This document shows, piece after piece, positions 1-12,825 of a DNA stretch of 64,000 bases. Position 1 is the first letter of the stretch. Each line of letters starts with the position of its first letter. This DNA comes from Phoronis australis (lineage: Eukaryota > Animalia > Phoronida). The translations under genes were made by a program, and so were the position numbers. The stretch spans positions 44,794-108,793 of the forward strand of contig NMRA01000890.1 of assembly GCA_002633005.1 (NCBI GenBank), given 5' to 3'. The notes under the pieces were generated by a model. It was not told where the DNA came from, did not search any database, and worked only from the letters and a program-made list of their open reading frames with translations.

Positions 1-7
1 GCTAAGT

Positions 8-94
8 TCAAGCGCATTGTCTTGACACAAAATGGAACTGGTCAACTGCTATACCACCGTGCCACGTGGTCCCACGAGATCTGCTTACCACCAA
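8..94 (-). CDS. Astacin gene, probable terminal exon: C-terminal part of a MAM domain plus stop codon
   Basis: Acceptor atattttccag, then LVVSRSRGTTWHGGIAVDQFHFVSRQCA-TGA, matching the MAM C-terminal consensus (ivfeg.rG....GdIAvDdi.l..g.C). Confidence 0.75.
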   Translation of the reverse strand: MVVSRSRGTTWHGGIAVDQFHFVSRQCA

Positions 95-1890
95 CTGGAA
101 AATATGTCGCATATTCAAACCACTATCGCGAATTCTGTTCTGTTTTAACTGCTGGGACCGAGTAAGTTCTCTATTATTCTTACAGAATGCATGGAAACAC
201 GGTTTTGGGAATTGTTTGTACACTGACGATTTGGCATACACAAACGTAGGTTTGATATGAAACTTAGCTGTTTTACTTTCCAAAGACAGCTCCAACAACT
301 TTGAACTCTGTTTAAGTTTACTAACGGGTCAATTAGACTGTTTTGTCAGCTTCCAAATATTTGGTGTGGGAAGATACATGTACGACATACACCATATCGC
401 TGTTCAAGTGCTCGAGACGAAGCTCTGCCAGTTACATGTAGCTGGTCGATCACGGCTTGTAGTTTACTGTGCCTACTGTAGCATGATTTCGATCAAAAAC
501 GGACTAGTCAGTTATATGTCCATTACTGTAGCCCACAGGTATAAGCGTATCGGACAGGTGACATGCTGGGGGAAATTGCTCCCAAATTAGAACAGAGTTA
601 TAAAAAATGCCTTAAAATCACGAAAAGCGGGGGAATAATTAATATTTTCTTAGGAAAAATTATGATTTGATTATCCCCCAATCAACAAAATACGCTATGC
701 ACTTAACCTAAATGTACAAGCCACGTCTCACCTTAGTAAAGAACGTGTTGCAGCCCGCTTTATGAGTTTGATATTGCTTATAAATCCGATAAAAAGTGAC
801 TGTTTTCATGATGAGCACAACTCACCACTGTTGGAAGGAGAAACAATACGTTCCAGCTATAAAAGGCATGATATTCCACCATGTGAATTAATGTAGGAAT
901 GTTTGTTCGAAATGTGATAAAACCTGAGATACGATTGTGTGCTATAGGTGCAGGAAACACAGGTCAGGTAGGAGCGATTCAGGCTCTCTGATGTTAGAAA
1001 AAATGCCCCCGTGAGAAGTAGGGGGTTAAATTGTTGTCGCCAGGTGGGGATGGAGGTGTGCAACGCTCCTATGTTCTTGCTTCACTGAGGAAAAACCTAT
1101 CATATTCTCAAACCGCTTGCTTCGTCCACATTCTCGTATGACCGAGAAAATTCGCTTTGGTTCTGCAGTGCAATAACTTTTAACCACCAAACATGATGTC
1201 AACAACGGCTACTAAACAAAATGTTCCGCATTAACGAGTGCAACATAAAACACTGTCAGTTGAGAGGGGACATGAATAACCTTGTTGGTCTCAACGGTTT
1301 AGACAAACATCCCTCCAAAACAGTTGTATAGGAAATCAAGTCCGGTTTTGACCCATCAAAATTTCTAGCAACATTTGAAAATTCCTTCCCAAGTCTGCGA
1401 CAGAGGCAAACGTAACCGACTTTGGCTTTACAGACCCCCAACTAAGAACCATATTAGCTACTATGTGACAAAGCGAGTACAAGTTTTTAGTTGAATCACA
1501 CTTTTATTAAACAAGTGGGACGACATTTGCTGAACTTATCAAAACATGATGTTGCATCCTTTAAAGGGATCACCCTATTCTTGAATTTTATGTATCAAAC
1601 ATAATAATTCTTTGCAACAAACGTTAGCAGTCCATTCTGTAATCTCAACCTTTAGCACACCGGGACGTATTACGCTTAGCGAAGTTTGTCGTCAGTTTGA
1701 ACACAATTATGACGGCTGCAGACTACAGGCCGTAACAGCTGATCAATCATCAATTTTGGGTCAGTAAGCCTTCCGTCCGAGATTAATCGTGATGCAATGT
1801 TTCGAGTGTAATGTAGGTCTTTGTGAGTTCGGTTTCCCATGGCAATCATCTTTGTCCTTGCATGGGCTACTTGCAATCTACAAAAATAAC

Positions 1891-2090
1891 TGGGAAAGAC
1901 GGAGATATCAGTTTTGCAACCTCTCCTTTGGCCCCTGGGCCAGAAACTTCGGTGAAAATGTAGCCGGATGATCCATCAGCGCCCCCTTGCAGACCCGTAT
2001 TATGTGACGATGCATCTCACTGGAGGCAAAAATATTACAAACCATTGAATATAAATCTCCGTGTTCATGAGAACAGTCACACTGTATTGC
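1891..2090 (-). pseudogene. Disrupted MAM-domain exon of the astacin gene
   Basis: DASSHNTGLQGGADGSSGYIFTEVSGPGAKGEVAKLISPSFP (2016-1891) fits the MAM core (TGP...G.Y...E.S....A.L.SP). It is directly preceded by an in-frame TGA (2017-2019), and the MAM-start-like CDCSHEHGDL lies in another frame. Confidence 0.7.
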
Positions 2091-2569
2091 AAGGTTGGTG
2101 GATTTTCCGGGGCGCAACATCTTCAATTATTAACAAGACGTAAGCGTACATGTACATGTACATGTATAACGTGGTTACGAAATGTGCTGCTGCACTTGTA
2201 AATTCCATTTCCCTCAACAATCAACAGGAATCTCGACAAGTACATGTAGGAAACAATCCAAGTGATAACTCCACTAGTAAATGTTTAGGGCTCAATATTA
2301 AAGGTAAAGGCAACCTTTTTCATGTCATTTTTAGCAAAAATAGGGTTCGTTGATTACCCCAGACATATTTTTCACTTATTTACAGCTTTTCGTAACTTAA
2401 TTAATTACCCGTCGTCTACTCCGGAAGTGACGTTCTGGGAGGCAAGAATTTCGCGCCAATTTCTTTCCATACAGTCTGACTGTGAGAGCAGTCGAGTCAG
2501 TCATTGTTCTACCTCCGTTGTGATAAGTTCGGTCGTCGTTTGCTTCTGTTTACGAGTCAGTTTTGGATG

Positions 2570-3000
2570 GCAGGAGTAGCAGACGCCAAATCAGAAGACT
2601 CAAAAACAATAAAAATGGACAATACAGTAGGTGCTGCAAAATTACACGAATCGAACCGAAAACCAGTGGATAGCGTCAACTCGCTGATACATGCAGATGC
2701 TTGTCTGCCAAATTTTATGAAAGTCCCTTGTGGAACATTGAAGATACAGAAGTAAAAGTAAAAAAATAAAATTGCCATTAGGGGGCACACTGGTAGTCCA
2801 ATATATCCGAAAATTGTGTTTTTTATTGTCATGTTCATGTAAATGCACTTGCTAAATTTAATAAAGATCCTGCAGAGGGGATGGGGTACAGCATTGAGTA
2901 TAAAATGACAGTGGGAGGCACCACGTCAGCCCTCCTCTTCATATTTAGAACATTCATGCCAATTTTCACAGTTATTCTTAGAGTGGTTTGGTTGACAGAG
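2570..3000 (-). mobile_element. Fragment of the Helentron-type (HINE) repeat family
   Basis: Reverse complement of the ctagtggc internal repeats seen at 48470-49928 (aaattgccattagggggcacac, aaagatcctgcagag, gccaattttcaca). Confidence 0.7.
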
Positions 3001-4546
3001 GCATTTTAGCTATGGTAGTACGCTACAGAAACTGGAATATTGTTAGCTGACTCGTGTTCGTGTTTGTTTGCGAAAAAAGAAAATAAACAAATATTGGAAT
3101 AATCGGAATTGTTTATTATAAACTCACCACGGAGGTACTGTAGTGTTGGTACATAACTTTTAAACAACTTCAGTGGATAATTCATCTACAAAATAAAAAA
3201 TATGAATAAAAAACAAATTGATAAAATAAAAAAACGGGCATTTAAAAAGGGTTTTAAAAATTCCGTATAGATGATTGGTCCACAACAACGAAAGGTTGGA
3301 TACCGACTGGATACCGGGAACGCGAAATGAAATTTAAAAAATTCTGTAAGTGGCGAGTTAAGAAAATGATAACTAAAAGAAAAAAGTAGTATTTAAAAAG
3401 TCTTTAATGAATTCTCGGTATAGACGGCTGGTGTAAAACAACGAAAGGCTGGATACCGAGTACGTGAAACAAAATTAAAAAAGAATCTTCCTAACAGACG
3501 GGTTAAAAATTGAAATTTCAAACGCGTGTCCTAGAGACAGAATGAGATCACTTACCGAAAATATACTGGTCCTCACTTCCAAATCGTTTCTCTCCTTGTG
3601 TAGACAGAGAATATACAGTGTTTAGTGTTAAGTAACCTACAGTGTACTAACAGACCTTCGTCAAGCGAACTGATTTTTACATGAAAATAATAAAGGCATC
3701 GAGGACTCGCCCCGATCACGCGATCGTTCGCTCAGACAATTATGTGCGATCCAGTAACGGTGTCTTATAATGTCCTTCGTTATTAAGAAACCTTTAAGAA
3801 ATAGGTTTCTTTTCACGAAATTAATTGTCACTTTGGTTTAAAATATACTTATCTGACCCAGCATGAAGAAAGATATGTATCTGTAAGTGAAAATTTTATT
3901 AGAAAACCTGTGTTATCAAACGCGTTGATTATTTGATATGACACGTGTCTAGTCCGAGACAGAGGAGAATATTTGAAGAAAGCTTGTGTAAGAAAATTTA
4001 CGTAATCAAGTACGTTACTTCATGGGAAACGTCTCAAGTTCCACAGCACTTAAGCACAAAGGGAGATATTACGCTCACGCTTGGTTTGTTGAAGTTGGAA
4101 TTCGAAGGGGACCACTTATTACAATGCGCTTAGCTACTGAAAAAGTGGGGCGGACTACGATCAATCTCATTTTATCTCAGGCTTTAAATGAGTACGACGG
4201 TACCACGATTACTACGGCAGAGAAATGAAATCGACAAAGCGAGGGATTTCAAAGTGCCTTGTTTTTAATATTGTTAGTTTAGTATTGTCGGTAACTGCTA
4301 TCTGCTGATGAAAGATGTGAGATGCAGGATATCACAAGGGGGAGGGCAACATTTTTTCTGTAAACATTTGCGCAAAGCACGATTGTAGATGCGCATAGCA
4401 CCGAATGGGGGAGGTCGGGAGGCCTGTTAGGAAAATTTTTCTGTTTTTTTCCTAAAAATCAATCATTTTCCTTGATTCCTGAAGTATTCTCCAAGAAAAA
4501 AGAGGCACAGCAAAAAAAAACGAAGAACGCGTCAAAGTTGAAACAC

Positions 4547-4617
4547 TGCTATCACCTCAGACTCGAACTCACGACCTAGCGGATAGAGCGCGCATGCTTT
4601 ACCACTGCACCACCACG
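4547..4617 (-). mobile_element. tRNA-derived SINE head or tRNA pseudogene
   Basis: Minus strand has an A box TGGTGCAGTGG and a B box GTTCGAGTC at tRNA-like spacing; no clean cloverleaf. Confidence 0.55.
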
Positions 4618-5254
4618 ATTTCACTTGCGCGATTAGTCTAAGAGACCTACATGTACTTGTTTATGGTCCACAGCGTTTTTGTAATGCTTACATGTGTATT
4701 ACACTTTTTATAATTTGTGCAATCACTTCGTAACAAATTTGCTGTATTTAAAATAGTCTTCAATTGCCCAATAAAACCAAATCCGTTTTTTGGGTTGGCA
4801 TTAATGACACGATTGCTTTCGAAATCGTCTTTTAACTTAAAAGNTGTTTAGTACTAGGCTTGTGAACGTACGGTCGAGATTTATAAAGGAATAACTCGTA
4901 ACCAGTCTTCAGCCTATCGTCGCATCGAAAGCTATTAGCACCGGTCTGTAGCAACCCCCACCCACTCACACAAGGGAAAAAACGTGACAATATCGCCATC
5001 GGAAGATCTGGCAATTCGTTTTTAATTCAGACCATGTTCTACAATTGGGCTTGTCACGGAGTGTCATTTTCGTGTCGATTATGGTTTCAAGGAAACATTC
5101 TATGCCCGCATTGAATTCATTTCCTATCAGTGTGAGATACAAAATTATTCCGGTAAGGTACTTAACTAGCTAGTGTTTCGGGCTCCCTGATACCAGATAA
5201 ACCCCCAAAAACAACTGTGGCAAATGCCCCCAGTGTGCATGTCTTCAAGCAGAA

Positions 5255-5530
5255 TTACTGGGACTTTGTGTATGCTTCGGGACTTTAGGTCTCCGTTCAT
5301 CATTTTTTTACTCTATTTTATCTTATTTTCCATCTTATTGTACACGTTAACTAATTTTGATACTAATTCATTACTTATTCATCATTTCATTCTTATTGTA
5401 CATAGCTCTCTGTATTTCACTTCATGTAATTGTTTCCGACTGGGCCCCCTTGAAAATCAGTATATTCACTGAAGGGGTCACCCAATCTTTTAAAGAAGTT
5501 TAAAGAAATGAAAATAAATAAATAAATAAA
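5255..5530 (+). mobile_element. 3' tail of a CR1/L2-group LINE
   Basis: T-rich tract, then gggcccccttgaaaatcag...gaaggggtcaccc, then an (AAAT)n tail; same layout as the LINE tail at 30560-30872. Confidence 0.5.
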
Positions 5531-5858
5531 AATATGGCTACTTGGGGTGAACGCCTGTTCATATTTCTGAATTTTATCTGTGTAGCTCTACGACCCAGTT
5601 AACTTAATGTTTTCGAAACAAATAACTTCTTAATGAGTCGTTATGACTAAAGTGTGGGGCGACTAGAGCCTCGTTTATAAATGTGTGATGGTGTTTACAT
5701 CCGAGTGTATATTTCCACCCCTGTGCAAATTTACGCAACATGTGTGTTTTTGCTATATGAGCACAAAGTCACTCTGTTGAAAAGAGTGTACACCTCAACC
5801 AGAGGTCATGTAAATTTAAATTCACACAAAACACGTGCAAATAAATAGAGAGTCCTAC

Positions 5859-5988
5859 ACTTCTCTCAGATTGATGACATGGGCAAAACCACTTGGAAAT
5901 TTTGTCAAAATCCCGAAGCTTGAACCGTAGAAACGATCTTTTTGCTGAAAAACTCGCCGTGTGTAAAACTTTCAACCACATGATACCG
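5859..5988 (-). pseudogene. Candidate degenerate third CUB exon of the astacin gene
   Basis: After acceptor tttttacaaaag, pieces in different frames (SCG*, SFSAKRSFLRFKLRD, SGFAHV) resemble the CUB end CG...S.....LRF.SD....GF.A. Needs a stop and frameshifts. Confidence 0.3.
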
Positions 5989-6797
5989 CTTTTGTAAAAA
6001 CATGCTTGCGCATTGTGAAATAAACCCAGTTACATTTTGTTTTAGTTTTACTTAAAACTTAACAATTATAAATTATATTCAGCTTTCGTAAGAAACATTC
6101 AAGTTATAATCTAATAAATAATCTTTGAAGTTGTGATATTAAAAGTTTACAAAACTCTATAAATAACAGTCGGCTAGGTTTACCCGCGCTTGAGTACTGA
6201 ATTGACCTTGAGACAGCAATGAGCACAGCTAGTCTCATATCGTTTCTTGAGTTTGAGTTCGTCTCTGTTTGAATGAACGCGGATATGGAATTCGCCGACG
6301 GAGATGGACCCGTTTAAGAGCTCTATTGCATGTCCTTCAGACTTAGAGTACTGACAGTTGCGACAACCGCTTTGTCAATCATAAACTTGTCACCTTCACA
6401 GAATTACGCATTGTTTGATTAGCGCACGTTTGGTTGTTTTGGTGTTTTGCAGACGACAAAATTAACCTACATGTAGGGCGCATGGATTTCTACTTTGCAC
6501 TACCTTGTGATCCGACAATGTAATATCAAGGAAATATGTACGCTGTTATTAACCAGTCGTGTCGTAACACATCCCTTATCGTATGGGAAATTGTATTTTC
6601 CTGGCACACGTGAGTAAACCCGATATAAATTCTGCGCATGGGTGTAAAATCAAGATCCGACTCCGACAAAAGGGCCATGGCAAAATTATTTCTGTTATAT
6701 CACTTTATTTAAAGCTACCTTATTTCTTTGTAAATTTTTAAAGGATCCACTTTTGAAACTTGTGATTTGGTACATGTGTATGCCCTTTTGTTTGATA

Positions 6798-6799
<2 letters not shown>

Positions 6800-6848
<49 letters not shown>

Positions 6849-6931
6849 TACTGCTGCTGCTGCTGCTGCTTCTGCTGTTACTGTTACTGGTCTTGCTGGT
6901 GCTGTTCATGCTGTTGCTGCTGCTGCTGCTC
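6800..6931. repeat. Imperfect (CTG)n microsatellite, intronic
   Basis: Direct observation; explains the poly-Cys and poly-Ser ORFs. Confidence 0.97.
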
Positions 6932-7678
6932 TAGTAACACGTATTTCAAAAGTCTGTGATGCGAGTCCCTCAAAAATGCTGTTGACAAAAGATCAATACG
7001 GTAGGAGGAACAGTATTTCTAAAATATCTGTTCAAAGTAATTTTTCACTATAGAACGCATATCTCGTGAAAAAATAAAGACAAATTAACAAGATTAATGC
7101 ATTTTCTTATAAACTTCATTCACCTTTCAGAAAATATCTATAAGGAACTACATAACGTTTTGAGAATGAGACGTGTTTGCAAGACAAAATATTGACCCAT
7201 TCTAGTACCAAGGAGACCTATCACCTCCTACATGTACATTGTACATGTTTGTATTGATGCGCGAACTGTGCATGAACAAGTGGCAACTTGTTTGTTAATG
7301 CTAGTAAGAAGGGTGTGCAGAAGGCTACTTTGATTGGAGAGCTGAGACCTTCCTTTAACAAGTTATTTGGGTCCAGATACATACTGTCCCCAGCATGGCA
7401 CAAGAGTTTTTACAGCGTCAGTTAACAAACAAGGCACCACGTGAACCTGAGTTCTCACAACTTGGATTTACTTCAACCCGTCAAAGGAGGCGAATGGTAT
7501 TGGAGGTACTATTAACATGTAATATATTCTGTCCAACAGGCAAATATCTCAATAAGAAATGCACCCAGTTGATATATCAACAACGAAGCTTCCCATTAGT
7601 TAGACATGCCATGGAGTTTCCGATATCATTATGTCCCTCAATGCAACTTCACTCATTTAACAAAAACTGATTACATAC

Positions 7679-7806
7679 TTGACTCCCTTTTGTCCAATCA
7701 GATTTGCATTTATCTCCAGGCTATGGACACATTTCTTGCTAGCTGCGTCCTCCAATACCTCAAAGTCATCAAAGTTAAGAAGTATCTTCGAAGTTTCCTG
7801 AGGACC
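7679..7806 (-). CDS. Astacin gene exon: CUB domain, middle part
   Basis: ccacag|GPQETSKILLNFDDFEVLEDAASKKCVHSLEINANLIGQKGV(K)|gtatgt; 128 nt, phase 0 to 2; CUB motif I.L.F.DFE.E....C...L.I. Confidence 0.88.
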
Positions 7807-8347
7807 CTGTGGTATAGAATTGACAATGGACAGGATGAAGCAGATGTTCAGTCACAATGTACAATGTGTATCTCGGCAACAAAGAGTAATCTTTTGAGAC
7901 CGTATACTCTTTTCCCCACTGAGAATCACTTGATTTTCACAAATTGTTGCGTGCAGCATCATGCCAAATTATTGCGTGGAGCATCATGCCAAATTTTTAG
8001 CTTTCATCGAAACAGATTCCATGGCTTTTGGTCTCAAAATCGAACACCAAATTATTTTTGCAATTTGCTGTTCTACATTTATGTGAGCAAAGGACGATTT
8101 TCTATGATTATATGCAAAATTAATTGCCAATTTTAATAGCGTTTAACAGTGTTGTGAATGCCCGGTGTGGTAGCCGTGGGATATAACTTGAACATGGACA
8201 ATTATTTATGGAATAAGTAGACGATATTTATGCTTCATGTGAAGTACAGTATGATAGTAAATTCACTTGTTGGTCATATCGTGTCCTTCGATTGGTGAGA
8301 TTTCGCTTAAATCGCATTCACAACCACTAGATTCGAGCTACAAACCA

Positions 8348-8518
8348 GGCGTGCGTTCAGTAGACGCTAGAACCTACGCTAGGACCTACATGTACATGTA
8401 GTGTAGCTAAAACCTATAGTCAAACTCACGTGCTCTGATTTAAACTGCACGACAATATATCACGTAATCTTGCGAAGTCTTGCTTTTTAGCGAGGTCCTA
8501 GCGTGACTGAACGGGAGG
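8348..8518. mobile_element. Short TIR MITE (Harbinger-like), copy 1
   Basis: Inverted ends cgttcagtagacgctag / cctagcgtgactgaacg; second copy at 42586-42738. Confidence 0.7.
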
Positions 8519-8522
8519 TGGG

Positions 8523-8962
8523 ATGAAGGTTAATAAATCACGTGTTGTCTATGGTGTCAGGTGTAAGGATCCCCAATGCTCAGACAGTTACATTGGTGAA
8601 ACGAAACAGTCCATTAAAATGTGTATGTCACAACATCGTCGTCCCACACAGTTACGGGGACACTTATGATTCGGCTATTTTTAGCCACATGTGCGCTACT
8701 GGACATGATTTCAATGCGGATGATGTAAACTATCTTAGACTGTGACGGAGACTGGTTCAGAAGGGGTGTAAAGGAAGCTCTCCATGAGCGCATTGAGAGA
8801 CCCTCTTTAAATAAAAGGGGCGGTTTACGATTCGATTTGTCACACGTATGGGATTGTGTACTGACATCAATGCCGCGCCGTTTAGCCAAAACGCCACCAG
8901 TTGGCCAGAATAACGATAACGTAACAAGCCAAGCTGAAGTCCGTGAGATGCGGACGCAAAGT
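8523..8962 (+). mobile_element. Penelope-like retroelement GIY-YIG endonuclease fragment (copy A, frameshifted)
   Basis: VVYGVRCKDPQCSDSYIGETKQ...QH...SAIFSH...GH.F...DWFRRGVKEA...PSLNKRGG, with a frameshift. Confidence 0.88.
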
Positions 8963-9015
8963 NTGCGAAGTCTTGCTTTTTAGCGAGGTCCTAGCGTTAC
9001 TGAACGGGAGGTGGG

Positions 9016-9451
9016 ATGAAGGTTAATAAATCACGTGTTGTCTATAGTGTCAGGCGTAAGGATCCCCAATGCTCAGACAGTTACATTGGTGAAACGAAAC
9101 AGTCCATTAAAATGTGTATGTCACAACATCGTCGTCCCAGTTACGGGGACACTTATGATTCGGCTATTTTTAGCCACATGTGCGCTACTGGACATGATTT
9201 CAATGCGGATGATGTAAACTATCTTAGACTGTGACGGAGACTGGTTCAAAAGGGGTGTAAAGGAAGCTCTCCATGAGCGCATTGAGAGACCCTCTTTAAA
9301 TAAAAGGGGCGGTTTACGATTCGATTTGTCACACGTATGGGATTGTGTACTGACATCAATGCCGCGCCGTTTAGCCAAAACGCCACCAGTTGGCCAGAAT
9401 AACGATAACGTAACAAGCCAAGCTGAAGTCCGTGAGATGCGGACGCAAAGT
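9016..9451 (+). mobile_element. Penelope-like GIY-YIG endonuclease fragment (copy B; probably the allele of copy A)
   Basis: ORF 9016-9234 SRVVYSVRRKDPQCSDSYIGETKQSIKMCMSQHRRP; near-identical to copy A across the single N at 8963. Confidence 0.88.
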
Positions 9452-9830
9452 CGCTAATTTTTGTAAGTTTTAATTCCAGTATTAGATTCAAACTTGATCT
9501 CTAAATATGAATTGTTTAGTCTTATTAAACGTGATCTTGTTAGCAAGCAATATGTGAAAGCGACAAATTGCACCAACGCATGAATGAATCATAGGGAGCA
9601 CAAGAATCCATCAAAGTTGTACGCTAGATATACATGTATGCGGCAACACCATCGTTGCACTATCACGTATCTTGCTGCTACTTTTGAACAATGCACTTAC
9701 TGTCACACAAAAATAATGTTTACAAGTAGGACGACGTCACGCTTACAAGATGGCGTGTTTTGATTATTGGCTCCTCAACCACTTTCACCTTTCTTCATTT
9801 GAAAAGCTCAAAAAGTACATGTCCACTCAC

Positions 9831-9949
9831 CCGGATAACGTACACACACTTCTTATTCAGCGGATAGTTGTTTGGGTATCCAGGGCTCACTATCTTCACT
9901 ATCTCGCCTTCTGTGTTGAGGTTGTACACGCCTCCGCACTCTGGGTAAT
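9831..9949 (-). CDS. Astacin gene exon: CUB domain, N-terminal part
   Basis: tttcag|(D)YPECGGVYNLNTEGEIVKIVSPGYPNNYPLNKKCVYVIR|gtgagt; 119 nt, phase 1 to 0; canonical CGG...SP.YP..Y.....C. Confidence 0.93.
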
Positions 9950-10474
9950 CTGAAATTTTTATCAATTCGCCTTATATGTGTTGTTCGTAGGAAAAAGAGG
10001 TGCCAGTTCAAGCGATTGTGACGGCAATATGCTAATGGATGTACATGTATAGTGATGGGATCTACGCGTTACTGTGGTGGCTAGTTCCGTTGGGACCGTG
10101 GGTAAAAGTGGCGATGATGCCAGAACACCATGCAGTGTAGGCCACGTCTGTGGCAGCGTTGGTGATGGTTGTGGTGTCTGAGATAGGGGTGATGGTCGTA
10201 ATCTTAGAAGTGTTGACGGTGGAGGTGGTTTTGGCGTATTACGTTGAAATGGTAAGCTGTCGGTGACGCTATGGTTGATACTGGGCAAACATTTGAAGAA
10301 ACCAAATGGGATTGTTCTGAAAGATAGTTTTTTTAGTTAATGGGATATTATCTTCACTGCCAGGTCAAACCTCTACTGTTATTCTTGTCGCGATATGTAG
10401 TATCTCAACAATCGATGTGTCTCCCACACTCGATGATCGTTGTTATATGTGAATTATGAACGAGAGCAACTTAC

Positions 10475-10597
10475 CAGAAAAATTGGGATCGATAGTGTTA
10501 CAATCTCCAGTCAAACCCCGTGGACACTTGCACCCGCAAGCTCCATTGGCGCTTTTAAATGGATAACCATGGTTATAGCAAATGTCAGTACAGTCAC
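10475..10597 (-). CDS. Astacin gene exon: EGF-like domain
   Basis: tcacag|(G)DCTDICYNHGYPFKSANGACGCKCPRGLTGDCNTIDPNFS|gtaagt; 123 nt, phase 1 to 1. Confidence 0.92.
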
Positions 10598-10786
10598 CTG
10601 TGAAAAAGATTAATACCTACATGTACCTGTATGCATAGTCCCGGTTTCATGTTTTCAGTTAAACTATTAAAAATCACTAACTGTGTTTTATATGTACACC
10701 ATGTGCGGTTAACAGCAAAATGAAGCTATCTACTCGAGCAGGGTACGAATTGGAATATTGTCACGGGTGATGTTCATTTTGTTTAC

Positions 10787-10913
10787 CTTTGCAGTTGTAG
10801 ATGAGGTTGGCCAGTTTAGCGTCGTAGAAAGTTAATTCGCGCCTGCTTCCTGGTAAGAAATCTAGTTCCTTGTTCTTCACTCTGATTGTTGGCTTCTCAT
10901 TGGCACTAAATGC
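10787..10913 (-). CDS. Astacin gene exon: end of the catalytic domain
   Basis: ttatag|AFSANEKPTIRVKNKELDFLPGSRRELTFYDAKLANLIYNCK|gtaaac; 127 nt, phase 0 to 1; astacin AFS.N..PTI...D....N..Y.C motif. Confidence 0.95.
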
Positions 10914-12347
10914 CTATAAATGCAAGAAAAAAGGTGGTGCATAAAGCTGGAACTGGGGACGGGGTCTAATTATTGTGCTCGAAGTCTTAACTCGAAGCTA
11001 TGTTTAGCTTTTTCCGCTCTACTTTTCCTGCAAATCAAAATAAGTGTCTAGAGTCGGTGATCAAGTACGTCGTGGTTAATGGATATGCATATTTAGTCAA
11101 AGTTCACACATATTCGTGATTCAAAAAAATTTAAAATGTCAAATAAAAACTCAATTTTAAGTTCAGACTCCAACGTTTAGCCTCAATGTTTGGGTCATGA
11201 TGAGCAGACTAAGACAGTTGTACTGTACATACAAGGTTTTAGGTACAAGAGCTCCAGAAGTATTGTCACTTATCTTGAGGTCCACGTAAAAACAGAAATG
11301 GAAATTTTTAAAAAGTAATTCCGAGATTTATCAAGAATAAGAATATTCGTCCCCGAGTCCTGCAGATTACTGATACGTACATGTATAGCATAGTTCGGAT
11401 ACATACTTTTCTCTTAACGGCCGATAAATACACGAAAAGGAGTTAAACTCTTTAACAAACACGAGACCAATTCCTAGTTAAGTTATTTCGGACATACATA
11501 TACGTGCACACGAATTCAGTCGGCTGCAGATTATATCGTGTGAATGTACAAATTTATTGGCTGCTATCACACACAACAGGGACCTTTTCAAATAAATCAG
11601 TACCATATTCGTCCTAATATCCGGCCAGGGCGCTTAGAAATATTCGTTTCAGCGGGGGTCGCTTATTATAAGCCAAGGCGGTTGAAACCCATACTCCAAA
11701 ACGGGTGAAATCGGAAGCTAAGATTCATCCTCTTTACGCTCTGTTACGTATCTCAAACCTATGACAGACGTTCTGCAAAATTGTAGTACATTGCTGTCAA
11801 AGTGTGCCGTTAAACCACGATCATTTTACAGAAAATTGCGCTAAAATCTCATGGCGAAAACTCCCCAGTTAACTGCCTGGCAATCGTCGATATGGCGACT
11901 TGAATGCTTGAATAAAAATACAGTTTCGACTGAACCAAATTGCCTATATAGTAAAATCCTCGTTAAGATTTCTAAAAAGCGTCCCTAAGATTTTTAAGTT
12001 TCGGTGGCGGAGTCGGGATTAGGGTGCAGATTAAGTACGTATACAAATCTGTGCTACATCGTGCCACCTATGATCGGCAACACGAGCAAAATCTCTGGAC
12101 GAACACGTGTTGTTGTCACGTGTCGTTTATCTGCGTGTGTGGGCGCTTATTTTAGCATGTCTGGACCACTGACGCAGCTGAAAGCAAAATTAAGTACACT
12201 GCACAATTAACATCAACAATTTGTTAATAGTGAAATGATATCCAAAACAGTATCCAATCCAACACGCTTAGTAAAATATGTCATGACCATATCACGTATT
12301 TCAAGACATTGTAAATTTTAAGCCCAAATAGTCCTAACGTAACTCAC

Positions 12348-12539
12348 ATATAAGGTGTAATGCATAGCGCTTTCAAGGTCATATTCTACTTGGACAGAAG
12401 TTAAATCTTTGATGAAATTGTCTCTTTTTTGAGGATTGACGTTATTCCACAGGATCTCCACAAACTTGTCACGGTCACTTCTTGATTGTTCGTGCTCAAG
12501 CCCTATAGCATGGCCGAGTTCATGAAGAATGCTTCCCAG
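12348..12539 (-). CDS. Astacin gene exon: zinc-binding motif and Met-turn
   Basis: tttcag|LGSILHELGHAIGLEHEQSRSDRDKFVEILWNNVNPQKRDNFIKDLTSVQVEYDLESAMHYTLY|gtgagt; HExxHxxGxxHE..RxDRD and SxMHY; 192 nt, phase 0 to 0. Confidence 0.97.
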
Positions 12540-12825
12540 CTGAAATGCATACACAGGCAGATACACATACAAGAGTACAGTGTATGGGGTGTGGGAAGGT
12601 AGCGGTAGCCTTGGCCGGATATCAACTATTACTAATTTGACGGTTCGGGAAATCAATTGTTCACAGCAGGTAATAAAAGAACATAAAACATATGCTTCTA
12701 TTGGTTGCTGAAAGACTGCATTTTGCAAATACTGAGTATGGCGATTTCATTAAAAGTTTGCAGCTAATTGCACGTTCCGTATTTCATTTTTGAAATAACT
12801 GGTGCCGGGGGAAGAAAATAAAAAG

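Noticed and set aside
826-856. Mini-exon candidate ttatag|...|gtgagt between the MAM pieces
   Set aside because: All three frames are open and none is diagnostic; could be a MAM remnant but cannot be supported.
2557-2838. ORF with CUB-like looking VPQGTFIKF
   Set aside because: Lies within a HINE repeat fragment.
4547-4617. Functional tRNA gene
   Set aside because: A and B boxes are present but stems pair poorly; treated as SINE-derived.
6715-6959. Poly-Cys and poly-Ser ORFs
   Set aside because: Translations of the (CTG)n microsatellite.
7420-7548. STSNTIRLL as an alternative third CUB exon
   Set aside because: Weak GAG acceptor, lacks the conserved CG and is followed by a stop.
7606-8136. 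176-aa plus-strand ORF, the longest without N
   Set aside because: Antisense shadow of the CUB exon plus intron; no recognisable motif.
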